Of a DNA stretch of 64,000 nt, positions 15,849 to 29,762 are shown piece after piece. The stretch spans positions 399,900,001 to 399,964,000 of the forward strand of contig OZ024740.1 of the NCBI GenBank assembly GCA_964016885.1, given 5' to 3'. The stretch is from Eledone cirrhosa (taxonomy: Eukaryota). Below the pieces are notes generated by a model that saw nothing but the letters and a program-made list of their open reading frames with translations, was not told where the DNA came from and ran no database searches. Positions within the stretch are counted from its first letter, which is position 1, and each line of letters opens with the position of its first letter. Position numbers and translations under genes: made by a program.

Positions 15849-18136
15849 TGTGTGTGTCCATGTGTGTGTGTGTCTGTTTGTCTGTCTCTCTCACTCCTTG
15901 TTGTCTATCAATCTGTCTGTCTGTTTACCTCTCCCTCCCAACTTATCTATCTATGATCGGTACCCCATCGAGAACGACGTATGATCAGCTGAACGCCTTA
16001 GTCATTAAATTAGCGTGTGAAATGGATGAGTATCCATAGACACATATATGCATGCACATGTAAAGGTGTATCGATGTGTTCGTGTGATGATAACGACAAC
16101 AACAGCAATATAGTTGTAAATAGGAAAATAACTGACACCGGAACAGAGTTTTTTATGGTTTGGGAAGAATTAGTATTGAAAAAAAAAATTAATATACTCG
16201 TATTTACTTTTCCCAGATGCAAAACTCAAGTCACTAGGATGAAGGTGAATCAGCTTGATGAGTCAGTAGTTAATATCTTGTCAGTGGATCTGCGTAATTT
16301 CCATAGACGAAGATAATTAACTTTCACTAGTCTGGATGACTTAATTGCAAACAGTTTTATCATAGGGTCATCGCTGTAAGTTACAGCAGCACTGTTTAAT
16401 TAACAAGTGCTTAGATTTTTAGCTGAGCTGAGATCAGCTGTTTCGGGTGGTCAGGAAACAAGACACAAATGTTCAAAAATACAAAAATACTTGTTCTTCG
16501 CAGCGATGCATTCGCCATCTTGCACACAGGGTGCAGCTGAGATATGCTCTCCACTGTTTGTGTAGCATTTTTCTCCATCATGTTACTTCTTTTTGAAAAC
16601 CTTACTTTTAATTGTGTTTTATGAATTCTAAATAAAAACAGCGCCATATACATTCTGCATTCTTTAAACGTTATATTATCACTACGCTAAATATATTCGA
16701 TGCACCAATTTTATATTCCGGCAATGTGAGTAGTTTTGAAGCATTTTTATCTCTCTATATAGCATCTCGTTTAACGAAATGAAAATGAAACAGTAGCAGC
16801 CGATGGTCTGTGTCGGGAAATGGAAACTATGAACAGTTCACAAAGTAGAATAAGTTAATTTGTCGAGAGGAAAAAAGATATTTGATAATTACGAAGTGTG
16901 TCCTTCATAGTGGAAGTGATGGGTTTAATTATATCACTAAATAAAAACATGTAATTTCAACTGAATTTATCCATTTCTAGCAGTTCATACAATCAGTCAG
17001 AGGCTTGCGACTCTTCGGCTCTTTGGCTCATGTCTCTAGGTGTTGATATAGGTGGAACTATATTTTCCTATGCTTTCTTTCATTACATTATATAATAAGG
17101 TGTGATTTGAAGGAATTTGTGTTATTTCTAGCAGTTTGATCGATTACATAGATGTTCCTTGTTATCTTTACAGTAATAGGGTTGCAGAAATGATAATAGT
17201 TCTGAAATACAGTCTTAGGGTATTTAGTCATGTTTTTTCACTCTAGGATGAAAACTACTTAAGAAATGGGGCTAGAGTGCATGTCCAACGTCCTTTCGGG
17301 ATCGATGAAATAATTACTGGTACTTATTCTATTGACTTTGAAATATGAAAGGAGAAGTCGACTTCAACAGGATTTGAACTGAAAATTTATAATGACGTTT
17401 TTGCATAGTTCTCCAAACTATGCATGTTTTCCATCGAACATTGGATTTTTCTGTTAACTTCAGCATTTTTTTTGTTAAATTCTGTAATTATTCGGTTTAG
17501 AATATGTATTCCTGTGCATCGTAAGAGGCGATAAAAAGGGTTTGCGCCAGGAAGGGCATCTGGAAGCAAAACATTGCCTCATAAACAACACCATGATCAT
17601 TATGAGTTCTGTTACAGAGCACGCAATGTCTTAAAACGTTTGTTGGTCTGCAGCCATGTTTATTAACGTTGAATATTTTCGTTAATGATGCCCATCATTA
17701 CATTTATCACTTCTATGTTTCTCCGTGAGATACCTAATTTTTATTTCAAGAAAGGAAATTCTGAATGCATTTCAAATATCGTGAATTTCATTTTGTTTAT
17801 TAGTTTTATTTTGTTTATTTGACTTCTAGGTGCAGGCATGGCCAAGTGGTTAAGAAGTTTACTCCACAATCCCGAGGTCCCGGGTTAGGTACCACTGCTT
17901 AGAATCTTTTACCATTGCCTCAAGTCACAAAATATTCAAAGAGATGTATAGTCGGTCAAATAAACAACAGAACTTGACTTGCACTTATTTTAGAACTTAA
18001 TATAAAAGAGTGTTGTTATCAAGAACTTGAACTCAAAGCATAAAATGACATAACCAAATACCGTAAGCTATTGTTTTTAGTACTCTGCACATTTAGACAA
18101 TTCAACGTCTTTCCCCATTGTCTTCTTCCCTATAAC

Positions 18137-18505
18137 TATTTCTAATATTGGCACAAGGCCAGCAATTTGGGGGAAGGGGAAAATTTATTATATTGACCCA
18201 GTTCTTTACTTGTACTTTATTTTATCGACCCTTTAACGATGAAAGGTAAAGTTGACCTCGGCAGGATTTCGAACTCAGAATATAAACAGCCGTAACTATA
18301 TTCCTCCTCCTAGTAATTGTTTTTACTTTTGGCACAAGGCCAGCAATTACCCCAGTGTATTACTGGTACTTTATTTTATCGACCCCGTAAGGATGAAAGG
18401 AAAAGTTAACCTCGGCGGGATTTGAACTCAGACCATAAAGGGCTGTAACTCTTTGCTGCAAAGCATGGCGTCCGACCCTCTACCGATACTGCCAATCCAC
18501 CGCCC
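18137..18505 (-). mobile_element. Two adjacent tRNA-derived SINE copies
   Basis: Two family tails, cores and B-box complements in tandem (about 18137-18300 and 18315-18505). Confidence 0.85.
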
Positions 18506-19204
18506 TATTCCTCCTCCTAATAATAACATCCATCCGGGACTGATAACATAAACTAACAGTCAAGTAATGGTGTTGATATAATCAACTTTTCTCTTCTTGT
18601 GTCTAAATTTGAAACTAATAATATTAGTAGTAATAGACTTAGTATTATTATTATTATTATTATTAGTAGTAGCAGTATTAATAGTAGTAGCAGCTGTTGT
18701 AATAATACCTAATAGTTACCGATTGATTAGCAAGTTACACACTTTACCCATGAGGTTAATATGATCGATCAACGTTCTAAAACAATATAGTTTATTTAAT
18801 TATTTTCTTTTTTTTTTGTTTCGTTTTAATAATGAATGTTGATAGAAAAGAGATTAACCAATAATCCGAAAATTGCTCAATAAAGACTAATTTCTTTCCG
18901 GATATAGCTGCAAATTAAAAAATAGGTAATTCAAAGGATGACAAAAAAAGTAATAACAGAAAAACAACAAAAAAAAAAAAAACGAAAAAAAAAAACACAA
19001 CACAGGCACCACAACAACAACAATGGTGATGAGAATAACATCAACATCAATAACAAAACAACAATAATGAAAAGCGATTAGAAATTGTGATGATAGAACT
19101 CTTGTTGTTTTTTCAAATGCTTTATTTTCGCTTTCTTTTCATAGAAGTTTTTATTTCCTATCTGTTAATGCATGTACTTAATCCATGTGTTCTACAACGT
19201 ACAC

Positions 19205-19252
<48 letters not shown>

Positions 19253-20986
19253 TGAGAGAGACACAGAGAGAGAATATATCTCTACTATACATACACCAAC
19301 ACATACCTGCTTGTATATACCTGCACAGCCAAATACATACTCATACACCACTCTCTTTATATATACATATAACGCTATCTTCATATATATATATTTAAAA
19401 ATGCAAACGGCGGCAAATTAACTGTATCGTGAGAGCGTAGACCAAAAATAACTTGTATTTTTTCCCAGTTATCTGCGTTCTAAGTTCAAATCAAGCCAGT
19501 TTCAATTTATCTTTTCTTCTTTCGGAGTCGATTCATTAAAGTTCTAGTCCAGGGCGGTGGAATATCGGAATTGCTAGAGTGCCGGACGATATGACTTGTG
19601 TTATTTGTTCAAGATATTTATATCTTAAGTTCAAATCTTCTGTGGCCTATCTGTGTGGTAGATCCAATGCGTCAGCCAGTTTAACAACATTGAATCCAGG
19701 TCTCTGGATTGAGTATACATTCTCCCTCCATCAGTTTCTAAGGCCCCTAGGAAGGGCCATGTTCACTGTCCCTGATCAAAGAACAACAGATTTATTGAAT
19801 GTACGATCACATAATCAAATATAGGTAAAACATAAAGTTATTTAAGTTCTAATGCTGGCGTTCTGCACCAATTCCGCTTCCGAGAGCAAGAAAACTTTGT
19901 TTTACTTTACAGTCCATGCTTTCATATACTGAGGGTGATGAAAACTATTTCTCGTTACCAGAAAAAGAACTGCGTCCGAAACGTCGAATCTCTTAATAGA
20001 TACTCCATGCTCCTTCTCGCCTACAGTCGTTCTTCAGACTCTGTCACACAAATGTACTGTCGTCTCTCTCTTCCTCTTCTATCTCTGCTATTCCATTGAG
20101 GAACTACTGATTCATTCGTCTCTCCTCATCTCTCAGAGGGCCTGTAAAAGGCCTACCCCCCCCCCCCCCCCAAAAAAAAAAAATTAAACAAAACAAAAAA
20201 ATACATATTTAAGAAATATACATATAAATATGTATATTTTTTCCGATGCCGATCATCATTAGTTATGCTGGATTCTGAGGTTTTACCAAAGCAACATGCA
20301 CATACTGTTATAGCTACACGTATATACAGATAGTTATTGATGACCCAAGGTGAAGGTGAAGGCTGATTGTAAAAGGCGTTCCACCCGAGACCATGCTATG
20401 TTGTTTCAGGAAGGTTGCACTAGATCTGCATTAGTTATAGAATCTTTTGTGTTATTAGGCGGGGATTTGGTTGCTATTTTAGCAGGTTTATCTTTCGCAT
20501 AGAGGCTTCCTCTTTGGATCGATATACTCATAACAGTGTATGCACACAGACATACAAACACACACACGCACACGCGCACACATACACACACACACACACA
20601 CACACATTCGCTCACACTCTCACACTGACTCACACGCACACAGACACACATCATGCGTGATGTGAAAAAATAAATGCGGCATCCGATAATGTAATCCTAC
20701 ATCCCTCAAAAACAACAGGATAATCATAGTTGAGACGCCTATGAGAATACGTTTTACTATATTAGTGTTAATTAGTGAACGCACGCTTCATTAACTTTTG
20801 CTTTGATATAACATAATCCATAATTTCGTTAAGAAATATAATCCATAATCATATTAAGAAAGCCACCTGTTCGTTTTGAAGTATTTCAACTATGTATGTA
20901 TGTATGTATGTATGTATGTATGTATGTATGTATGTATGTATGTATGTATGTATGTATGTATGTATGTATGTATGTATGTATGTATG

Positions 20987-21590
20987 TCAGGTCACCATTT
21001 GGTGCTACTGGTAACATGTATCCCAGTACAACCTGTCTCATGGTCGGGTCGTTGGCGACTAAACTGGCAACTCCACCAAGGTTTCTTGGTGAGGAGGGTG
21101 ACTTTGGACATCCTGCAGGACTAAAAACAAAACCTGTCAAAGGGCAAAGGAGTTCTTAAGAGTCAATGGCCATCCAAAATCACCGGGAGAGATGACCCCT
21201 TAGCCTTTGTCAAGGCAGAATTCTAGAAGGAAAACTCTGATATAACACCTGCAACTCTGATGGTATCCAATGATGTTGACTTGTTCTTCTTTTTGGTAAA
21301 TATCATCTTGGTTAAGAGAGTGGGACTGGCTTTGTGCAGTGCCTTTGCTCACTATAAAAGCTTCACGGCACAGGCATTGCTTTGTACCTGGAGATCTCTC
21401 TGCACTTGTCGTCACATGGTACCATGGGCCCAGCACTATGTGTCAATAATTGTCACAAATGTAGTATTTGTACCAGAGTTTTCAAGTCGCTGGCTGGACT
21501 AAAAAGTCACACTCGTTCAGCGCATCGGTAAGAGTTCTCCTACATGGATATAAAGTAGTGGCCGTACTCGAAAACGAGTTGGCAGCCACC
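20987..21590. mobile_element. Rearranged LINE fragment (probably RTE: 5'UTR-like part on +, APE-like part on -) inside (TATG)n
   Basis: Flanked by (TATG)n at 20891-20986 and 21591-21660; the minus-strand peptide FLLEFCLDKG resembles an APE motif. Confidence 0.4.
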
Positions 21591-21660
21591 ATGTATGTAT
21601 GTATGTATGTATGTATGTATGTATGTATGTATGTATGTATGTATGTATGTATGTATGTAT

Positions 21661-22214
21661 ATATTCACAAAGTTTTACCAATAGAGAGAGAGTCGGTTTC
21701 TAACAGACACAAGACTTTCTCATTGGAATTTATACATCAACTAGCTAGATATGTCTGCATGTCTGCATGCATGTGTGTGCAGGTATGGATGCTATTGTAT
21801 GTGTGGATTAGTATGTTTTGAGTTGTGTATATGCTTTGCATCTGTACATGTGTATATGCAGTTATTAGATGCAGCATTTTTTGGAATGTTTTACATATTT
21901 TTACTGTCCCATTAATGGATTGTACTTGTAATTTCCTAACTAGTTGCGTTCTTTCTGTTCCTGTGAAGCCCAGATTCTCAAGATTTGTATTGAGGCAGTT
22001 GCTAACATATCCCAGTGCCTCAATAATGTATGTATGTGTTATCTCTTTCTCTTAATTTCGAGTATATTTTTTTGACCGGCCACCTTCCTGGTGGCAAGGT
22101 TGTAAAAGAATCAATCCCTTGAATCGCAAGAATGTTTTGCAAATGTTGAAGGTGCCAGCTATCGCAGCCATTTGTAGACTATGAATTATGGAGCTGCGCT
22201 CTTTGTCCGCAAAA
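21661..22214 (-). mobile_element. 3' fragment of an R4/Dong-like (restriction-like endonuclease) LINE in a (CATA)n tract
   Basis: Minus-strand translation near 22027-21870: IIEALGYVSNCLNTNLENLGF...LQVQSINGTVKICKTF, matching the RLE C-terminal pattern IIGALG...LQ...GT.KI..F. Confidence 0.6.
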
Positions 22215-22628
22215 TGTATGTATGTATGTATGTATGTATGTATGTATGTATGTATGTATGTATGTATGTATAAATGCCTGTAAATATGACTGTGTATATG
22301 TACACCTCACCCATATATATATATCTATCACCCATCTATCCTCCTATCTCATCCTTCCTCATTATACTCCTCTCACTCCACTTTTTACTCTCATCTCCTC
22401 CTCTTTTTCACCCCCCCCCCCTCAATTTTTTTCCCAATATCACACATCAATCTAAAACTACTTTACATATGTTGATTTAAAACTGCACTATTCACAAGTG
22501 TGTTTTAACCTTCATATCATGTCTCCCTATTTTATCTGACGAAAACGCAAATGTTATTGCATGATGATATTTGTTTTTGAAATGCGCATAATAAAATACA
22601 TGGAACTCTTTTAACCATCTTTTGATCT

Positions 22629-22696
<68 letters not shown>

Positions 22697-23000
22697 GTAT
22701 ATGTATAACAAAGAAAGTGTGCTAATATACCATAACGCACCAGAGTATTCGATACTTCGGATCTAGCTGTCGAAACGGCTGGAGCTAAGCTGTCGAGGCC
22801 ATGACTCCCCCCCCCCACCATATATATATATATATATATATATACATTCGGCTGCAAACGTAGGTATATAGTAAGGATTAATTTTTTGATATATCTGATA
22901 TTGATATATTTGTTATAATCAATAAAATACGTTTTGTGTGCACGTCTAGTTTTCATTACTGTATATCTACCTTTGCAGCCCCCTGTACATATTCATACAT

Positions 23001-23050
23001 ATGTGTGTATGTGTGTCTATGTGTATGTGTGTGTGTATGTGTGTGCGTGT

Positions 23051-23089
<39 letters not shown>

Positions 23090-23114
23090 TGTATGTGTGT
23101 GTGTATGGGTGTGT

Positions 23115-23159
<45 letters not shown>

Positions 23160-23174
23160 TGTGTATGGGTGTGT

Positions 23175-23219
<45 letters not shown>

Positions 23220-23234
23220 TGTGTATGGGTGTGT

Positions 23235-23270
<36 letters not shown>
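23001..23270. repeat. (GT)n tract with a higher-order 60-bp period
   Basis: GTATGGGT marker at 23103, 23163 and 23223. Confidence 0.85.
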
Positions 23271-23273
<3 letters not shown>

Positions 23274-23448
23274 CTTTTGCGTTACAAACAGACAATCACC
23301 ACACACTGCGGCACTGGCAACACCTTGCTGGCTCTCTGTCAACTTAGAGAAGGGATTTCCGGATAATTACGACTAAACCATGAAACAAAGCACTCAACTT
23401 GTCAAAATGCTTGCTCCAACATTCGCCTTGATTGTTTTGCTTTATGTT

Positions 23449-23630
23449 GGTGGATTGGCAGTATCGGTAGAGAGTCGGGCACCATGCTTTGAAGCATAGA
23501 GTTACATCGCTTTATGATCTGAGTTCAAATCCCGCCGGGGTTAACTTTACCTTTCATCCTTACGGGGTCGATAAAATAAAGTACCAGTAATGCACTGGGT
23601 ATTTGCTGGCCTTGTACCAAAAGTAGAAAC

Positions 23631-23635
<5 letters not shown>
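23449..23635 (+). mobile_element. Full-length tRNA-derived SINE
   Basis: GGTGGATTGGCAGTATCGGTAGAG A-box-like head, GAGTTCAAATCCC B-box, core and tail. Confidence 0.85.
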
Positions 23636-23678
<43 letters not shown>

Positions 23679-24131
23679 ATATATATACATATTTAAATAT
23701 ACATATACATACACACACACGCACACACGCTATATATATATATACATATATATATATATAAATATATATATATATAAGTATGTTTTTGAAACATTGAGCG
23801 AGTTTGAAATTAGAAATATAAGCTATCACCTTATTTTGACTAAAGTAATTTTTAGCCTGATAGGGTTTGGAACCCTCAGAGAGATGGAAAAAGATGAGTT
23901 ACTTTAGTCAAAATAAGGTGATAGCTTATATTTCTAATATATATATAACAAAGGAATTGTGGTAAGGAACCAGATGGACCATAACGCACCAGAGTATTCA
24001 ATACTTAGAGTAGTAGAGTGGGAAATAGGAAAAAGTATGACCCCGACGGCAGAGCTCAAGGCGTTCGACGGCTATTTCTGGACTGAAATAGCCGTCGAAA
24101 CGGCTTGAGCTCTGCCGTCGGGGTCATACTT

Positions 24132-24179
<48 letters not shown>

Positions 24180-24304
24180 TAGGTGATTCAGTGAATTATT
24201 GGCGGTGGTACCAAAACAAGCACTCTATGCATTGAAAAAGTGTATATATTAGAAAAAACGACGAAGTTTCGTTTACATGTATAAGATATTTATTGTGTAT
24301 AAAT

Positions 24305-24394
24305 ACTGTTACGCGCGTTTCGCAGAGAATTGGCTCAATGTCACATATAGGAGTTATGGACCAGACACCATTATCGATCTGCTCGTCAGACTGG
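24305..24394 (-). ncRNA. Hammerhead ribozyme core (PLE type) with a long stem II insertion
   Basis: Minus strand: CTGACGA-GCAGA...TCTGC-GAAAC-GCGC-GTA; palindromic loop 3; stem I weak. Confidence 0.6.
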
Positions 24395-24702
24395 CGATGT
24401 GACAAATATATATATCTACATATATTGGGTCGTCAAGTATGAAATTAGTAGACATTTATTTTTTGTCTACAAATTTCTACAAATTTCATACTCGACGACC
24501 CAATATATATATATATATAATTATTATCCTCGTCATCCTCGTCGTCATCATCATCTTAAACGCTGCTTTCCCCACCATCACCACCAATACCACGAGCACA
24601 GCCACCACCACCACCACCACCACCATCAAGTACTGGGGTTCTTATTATCGATTGTCTCCTAATTCCAAAATTTCTGGCGTTGTGCATAAGTTAGACACCA
24701 TA

Positions 24703-25095
24703 TCAGTAGAGGGTCGGACGCCATGCTTTCCACCATAGTTACGTCCCTTTACGATCTGAGTTCAAATCCCGCCGAGGTTGACTTTGCCTTTCATCCTTAC
24801 GGGGTCGATAAAATAAAGTACCAGTAATGCACTGGTAAATGCCTTGTGCCTAAAGTAGAGAAAATTATTTGCCTTTTCATCCTTACGGGGTCGATAAAAT
24901 AAAATACCAGTAATGCACTGGGTTATTGCTGGCCTTGTGCCAAAAGTAGAAACAATTATTATAAGAGGTTAGCATTGCCTTTCATCCTTACGGGATCGAT
25001 AAAATAAAGTACCAGTCACGCACTGGTGTCGATTTAATCGACTTTCCCCTTCCCCCCTAAATTGCTAGCCTTGTGCCTATATAAGAAACCGTTAT
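24703..25095 (+). mobile_element. SINE with a triplicated core/3' segment
   Basis: GCCTTTCATCCTTACGGGGTCGATAAAATAAA.TACCAG repeated at about 24786, 24871 and 24977. Confidence 0.8.
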
Positions 25096-25439
25096 TTTGC
25101 TAGGTACCGATGTGATAATAAATTAGCGGAATCACTAGAATATCAGAAGAATGCCTTGCGGTACTTAGTTACACACCGAGCGGAAATTTTGTCGAATTCG
25201 ATGTTTCCTTTTAGTATTTCTATGTTGATAATATATAGTACCATTCCAGTGCTCTCTATCTACCCCCTCTCACTCTCTCTCTGTGTCCTTTTGTTCAAAT
25301 CCAAAATGTGTCACCTTATTCCGAAACTGGAAACCCTTACTATTATCTGCGATTTTATAATTATCACTGTGTGGCATAATTACAGCTTGAAATACTCAGC
25401 GATATTAAGCATAAACATACCGTATATGATTTTATGTGC

Positions 25440-25915
25440 GCCCTTATTGTGTATTAGTCTTCTTGTGACGCTAAACTCCGCCAGTTGCAGACTGTGCATT
25501 AACATGTGATATCTCTCTCCACAAAGTTCAGCAGCAGAGTTCAAAGAGCAAAGATCAAGTCCAGTCCATAAGTTGACAATATCAAGCCATCGTTTTGGCT
25601 GCCGGTCTCTGTTTCTCTTACCAGCCAACCTTCCTTCCAGGCATAACCTACTCACACCACAAGTTTATCTTTTTATATGACCGTATAGTTTGAGCACTCT
25701 TGACTTGATAATTGATGTAATTGTCTAAGTCTGGTAATGTTGAACAGCTCACTTATACAGATACGGTTGCTGAGCTGCTTGCCAGTCATAAGTCTCATGA
25801 TGTGGTTCTGGAATGTAGAGAGCTTCTGAAGTGACCTTGTCGTCCAATTAACACAGTCAAGACCATATAACACAACTGGTAGGATGTAAGTATCAAATAT
25901 CTTAGCCTTCAAATG
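25440..25915 (-). pseudogene. 3' end of an RTE-clade LINE ORF (frameshifted)
   Basis: KAKIFDTYILPVVLYG..W and LEGRLAGKRNRDRQPKRWLD match the RTE C-terminus. Confidence 0.75.
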
Positions 25916-28284
25916 TGTATTAGTACTATAGCTAAATAAAACTAGCCAGTCACCAATAATAGTTTGTTTATAAAATCTATAAGGTGATATTGTCTTTTGT
26001 ACCTCAGTATTTGGGCGTGCGCTAACAAAGTGTAACGACAGTGAAATTGATCCACCACTTATACTCCGATGTTGAGGCAGCTGTGATATGATTACAGCTT
26101 AAAACATGAAATATATGTTTATTGTACATAAGCGTATTTCATATGGGTTCATATACGCCTTTATACTGATTGGAATACACATATAAAGTGTATGGAAATC
26201 CTTCAGAAATAATTTAACGTAATATTTTTAAAGCCGAGATTAACTTAATAAATTGTGAAAGGAGAGGAGAAAGAAAAACAAGCTTTTCTGTATTCTTATA
26301 TAAAAGGCTGTCAGTGTCTGGACTAATGTCACTGACTGACTAATAATCAGGTTTGTTAAATAAGTTTATATATAGGATGTTATGATGTATAAACGTTAAC
26401 GATGTTAAGCGGTGATGACAGTCTCTGTAAATAACAGTATGTGGCTTATTATAGGATTAACGTTAATTCAGGAGAAAAACTATCATGCAGCAACAAACAA
26501 AAACAAAGAAAAATAAACGGAATAATAATGAGAGCATATAAACAACAAAAAATCTCCACAAAACGACAGCAATACTAACAACAACAACACCAGTAAATGC
26601 TGTAATAACAATCGTCTAAAAAAAGGCGACATCAACAGTAGGACCTGCTGTTAGGGCTTCGAAAAGAAATATTGTAAGGCGTAATAGGGATTGTTGTTGG
26701 GTCCCACGATGGGAGAGTTGTCAAAATACTATTTAGCTAAGAAATATCTTATTACTCATAAGTCACTCCTTGATTCTTTGAGTCCCCGATCAGTGTGCCA
26801 GTTGAATTTTCCTCAAACCACACGCTGGACTCTAATAGTTCCTGATATACGGTTCACTTGATTAGATCGATGCAAGTGTTTAATTCATTTTGCCGACCGA
26901 TGACCTTCGAAATAAGAACATAAAACGACGTAGTTATATACTTATAGACATTTGGTTCGTTCCTTTACCAAATCTATTACATATGTTACTTTCTATAATA
27001 TATATTATTTTCTAACATAAACACAAGACTCACATTATTTTACACATTCTATCGATCACAGAATGGCTGAAAGGCAAAGTGGATTTTAGCAGGATTGGAA
27101 CTCAGAACGCAAAGAGATGTAAATAAATGACAAAAGAAAAAAAAAAACAATAATTCTGTCCCACGATTTACTAATTCTGCAAACCCATTGCTCACTTTGT
27201 GTGTTAAATATTAACAATAATAAAAGCAACAAGTACAATCCTTGGTGAATTGTTTGTGAAACGGATATTGGAAACGAAGATTTAAACTATCAGAGTAAAC
27301 ATGACTGCGAGTTATAAGAGGCGTTAGTGTTTCGCTTGCGGCACATGTTCCAGCTTTCCAGCTTTGTCTTTCGTTCTTCAGGGCCGATAAATAGAATACC
27401 AATCAAGTGTTGTGGTCAATTTCTCCTTTCCTCTCCCCTTTCTTTCCAACAATTGTGTATTTTAAGTGAGCGAAAGACTAGGGTTCAAACCACTTCTCCA
27501 CGAATCATTTCACAATTACTCCATAGAAAGAAAGAGTATTTTAAAGATAGTGTTTATAATATATTTTTCGGTAAAATATCAACACCCACTTAACATGACC
27601 ATACTGGAAATGAGGTTAAGAATCTATCAACATATAAAGAACTAGAGATAAAGGAAGGTTTAAAAAACTGATTCCAAAGCTAATACTTCAATGTATCTAT
27701 CTATCTCAAAAGATTTTTGTTTGTGTGTGTCTGTGTTTCTATATGTGTGTGTCTGAGTATTTGTGTGTGGGTGGTGGTGGTGGTGTGTGAGGCATTTGTG
27801 TGAGTATGCACGTGCGCGTGTTTGTGTTTTATAATTTATTGCAAATATTTCGAGCTGTACAAAATACTTTTCCATCTGTCGAGATCCGAAAGTTAGGCCA
27901 ATACAATAGACAGCATGATGTAAGAATGTTTTAACTGTGGTGGCAGATATAAACAGGACTGGCGGCAAAATCCGCTAGAAAGAGGTGTGAAATACTAGAG
28001 GAGCGAAGTACAGTAACCAGATCAAAAAATTAAGAATTTGGAGCAGTTATATAATAATTTAAAGTATCACAACATATATATAATATGTATGATGCTTGTG
28101 TTTCTCGGTAAAAAAAGCTCAATGGACATTTGCCCAAAGCATCAATAATTCGAATTAAAAGATATATGAATATATATGTAGAGAGAGAGAGAGAGTCATG
28201 CGAAACAGATTGTATTTCGTACATATATAAAACACATACTGTTTAGGAAAAAATATACGTACTTGAAGGTGGAAAAGTTTTTGT

Positions 28285-28523
28285 TTCCTTATGGTACCAT
28301 TTCATGATTCGTAAACCATGACAAAAATTGATCTAAATCGATCACGAACTATCGATTCTGGTAAAGCAACGAAAGACGCGAGATATCGCCAGAGGAATTC
28401 GTCTTTGGATAAGTTCCAATAGAGTATAGAGTACAAAACACTTTTAAATCTGTCGGAATCCGAGAGTTAGGCCAACACCATAGACAACATGGTTTACGAA
28501 TCATGAAATGGTACCATAAGGAA
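28285..28523. repeat. 36-bp perfect inverted repeat around a spacer of about 167 bp
   Basis: TTCCTTATGGTACCATTTCATGATTCGTAAACCATG (28285-28320) and its reverse complement (28488-28523). Confidence 0.85.
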
Positions 28524-28565
28524 TTCCGTATATTTCTTACATAGCATATATACATATATATACAG

Positions 28566-28977
<412 letters not shown>

Positions 28978-29172
28978 GGGAAGGGGAAAATGACAATTTA
29001 AGTGTTTTTAAAAGAACTCACAAACGAACGTAAGGTGGCTTAGCAGAAAGTGTGAATAAATGAAACAACACGGACGGATACCTCACTGTTGGGTATTTAT
29101 CGAGGTTAATACATGGCAATTGAGTCTCGGTGGATGTATATAGGTGAATGTGTGTGTGTGTGTGTGTCTGTC

Positions 29173-29203
<31 letters not shown>

Positions 29204-29716
29204 GCACGCATCGCGTATGAATTACTATGAACTAAATCATTATAGAAAAATGGCTGCGAAAAGCGTCCGTTGTCGCCACCAATTTATTTCTATCCCCTTT
29301 CCCTCAACCACTTCTGGTCGCCATCTTCGTTGTCGTTGTAGTCGTCATTGTCATGATCATCATGATCATCATGATCAACATGACCATCATCAACGCTGCT
29401 GTTCTCTAGTATTTAACTGTCAATATCTTTCACTGCTTGCAGACCGAACGCTCTATTTCACGAAGAGACGTCTCTAAATTCGTTAGGTAATTGTTCAATC
29501 TGCACTAAGTTACCTGTATCGAGTTTAAGAAAGACCCCACACGCATATGCATACATGAAAAATACAGACACTCACACACGATAACACAGACATACACACA
29601 TACGTAGGTACACACACACACAAAAACAGACACGCACACATACGCAGATACACACACGTACACATACACACATACACACATACACACATACATAGATATG
29701 TGTGTGTGCATGTGTA

Positions 29717-29762
<46 letters not shown>

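Noticed and set aside
16201-16250. Possible micro-exon (TTTTCCCAG|...GAAG|GTGAAT)
   Set aside because: Splice-like motifs alone, with no coding or comparative support
13566-24135. CRISPR-like array from repeated palindromic segments
   Set aside because: Irregular spacing, mixed orientation, no cas genes and a eukaryotic context; better explained as PLE tails
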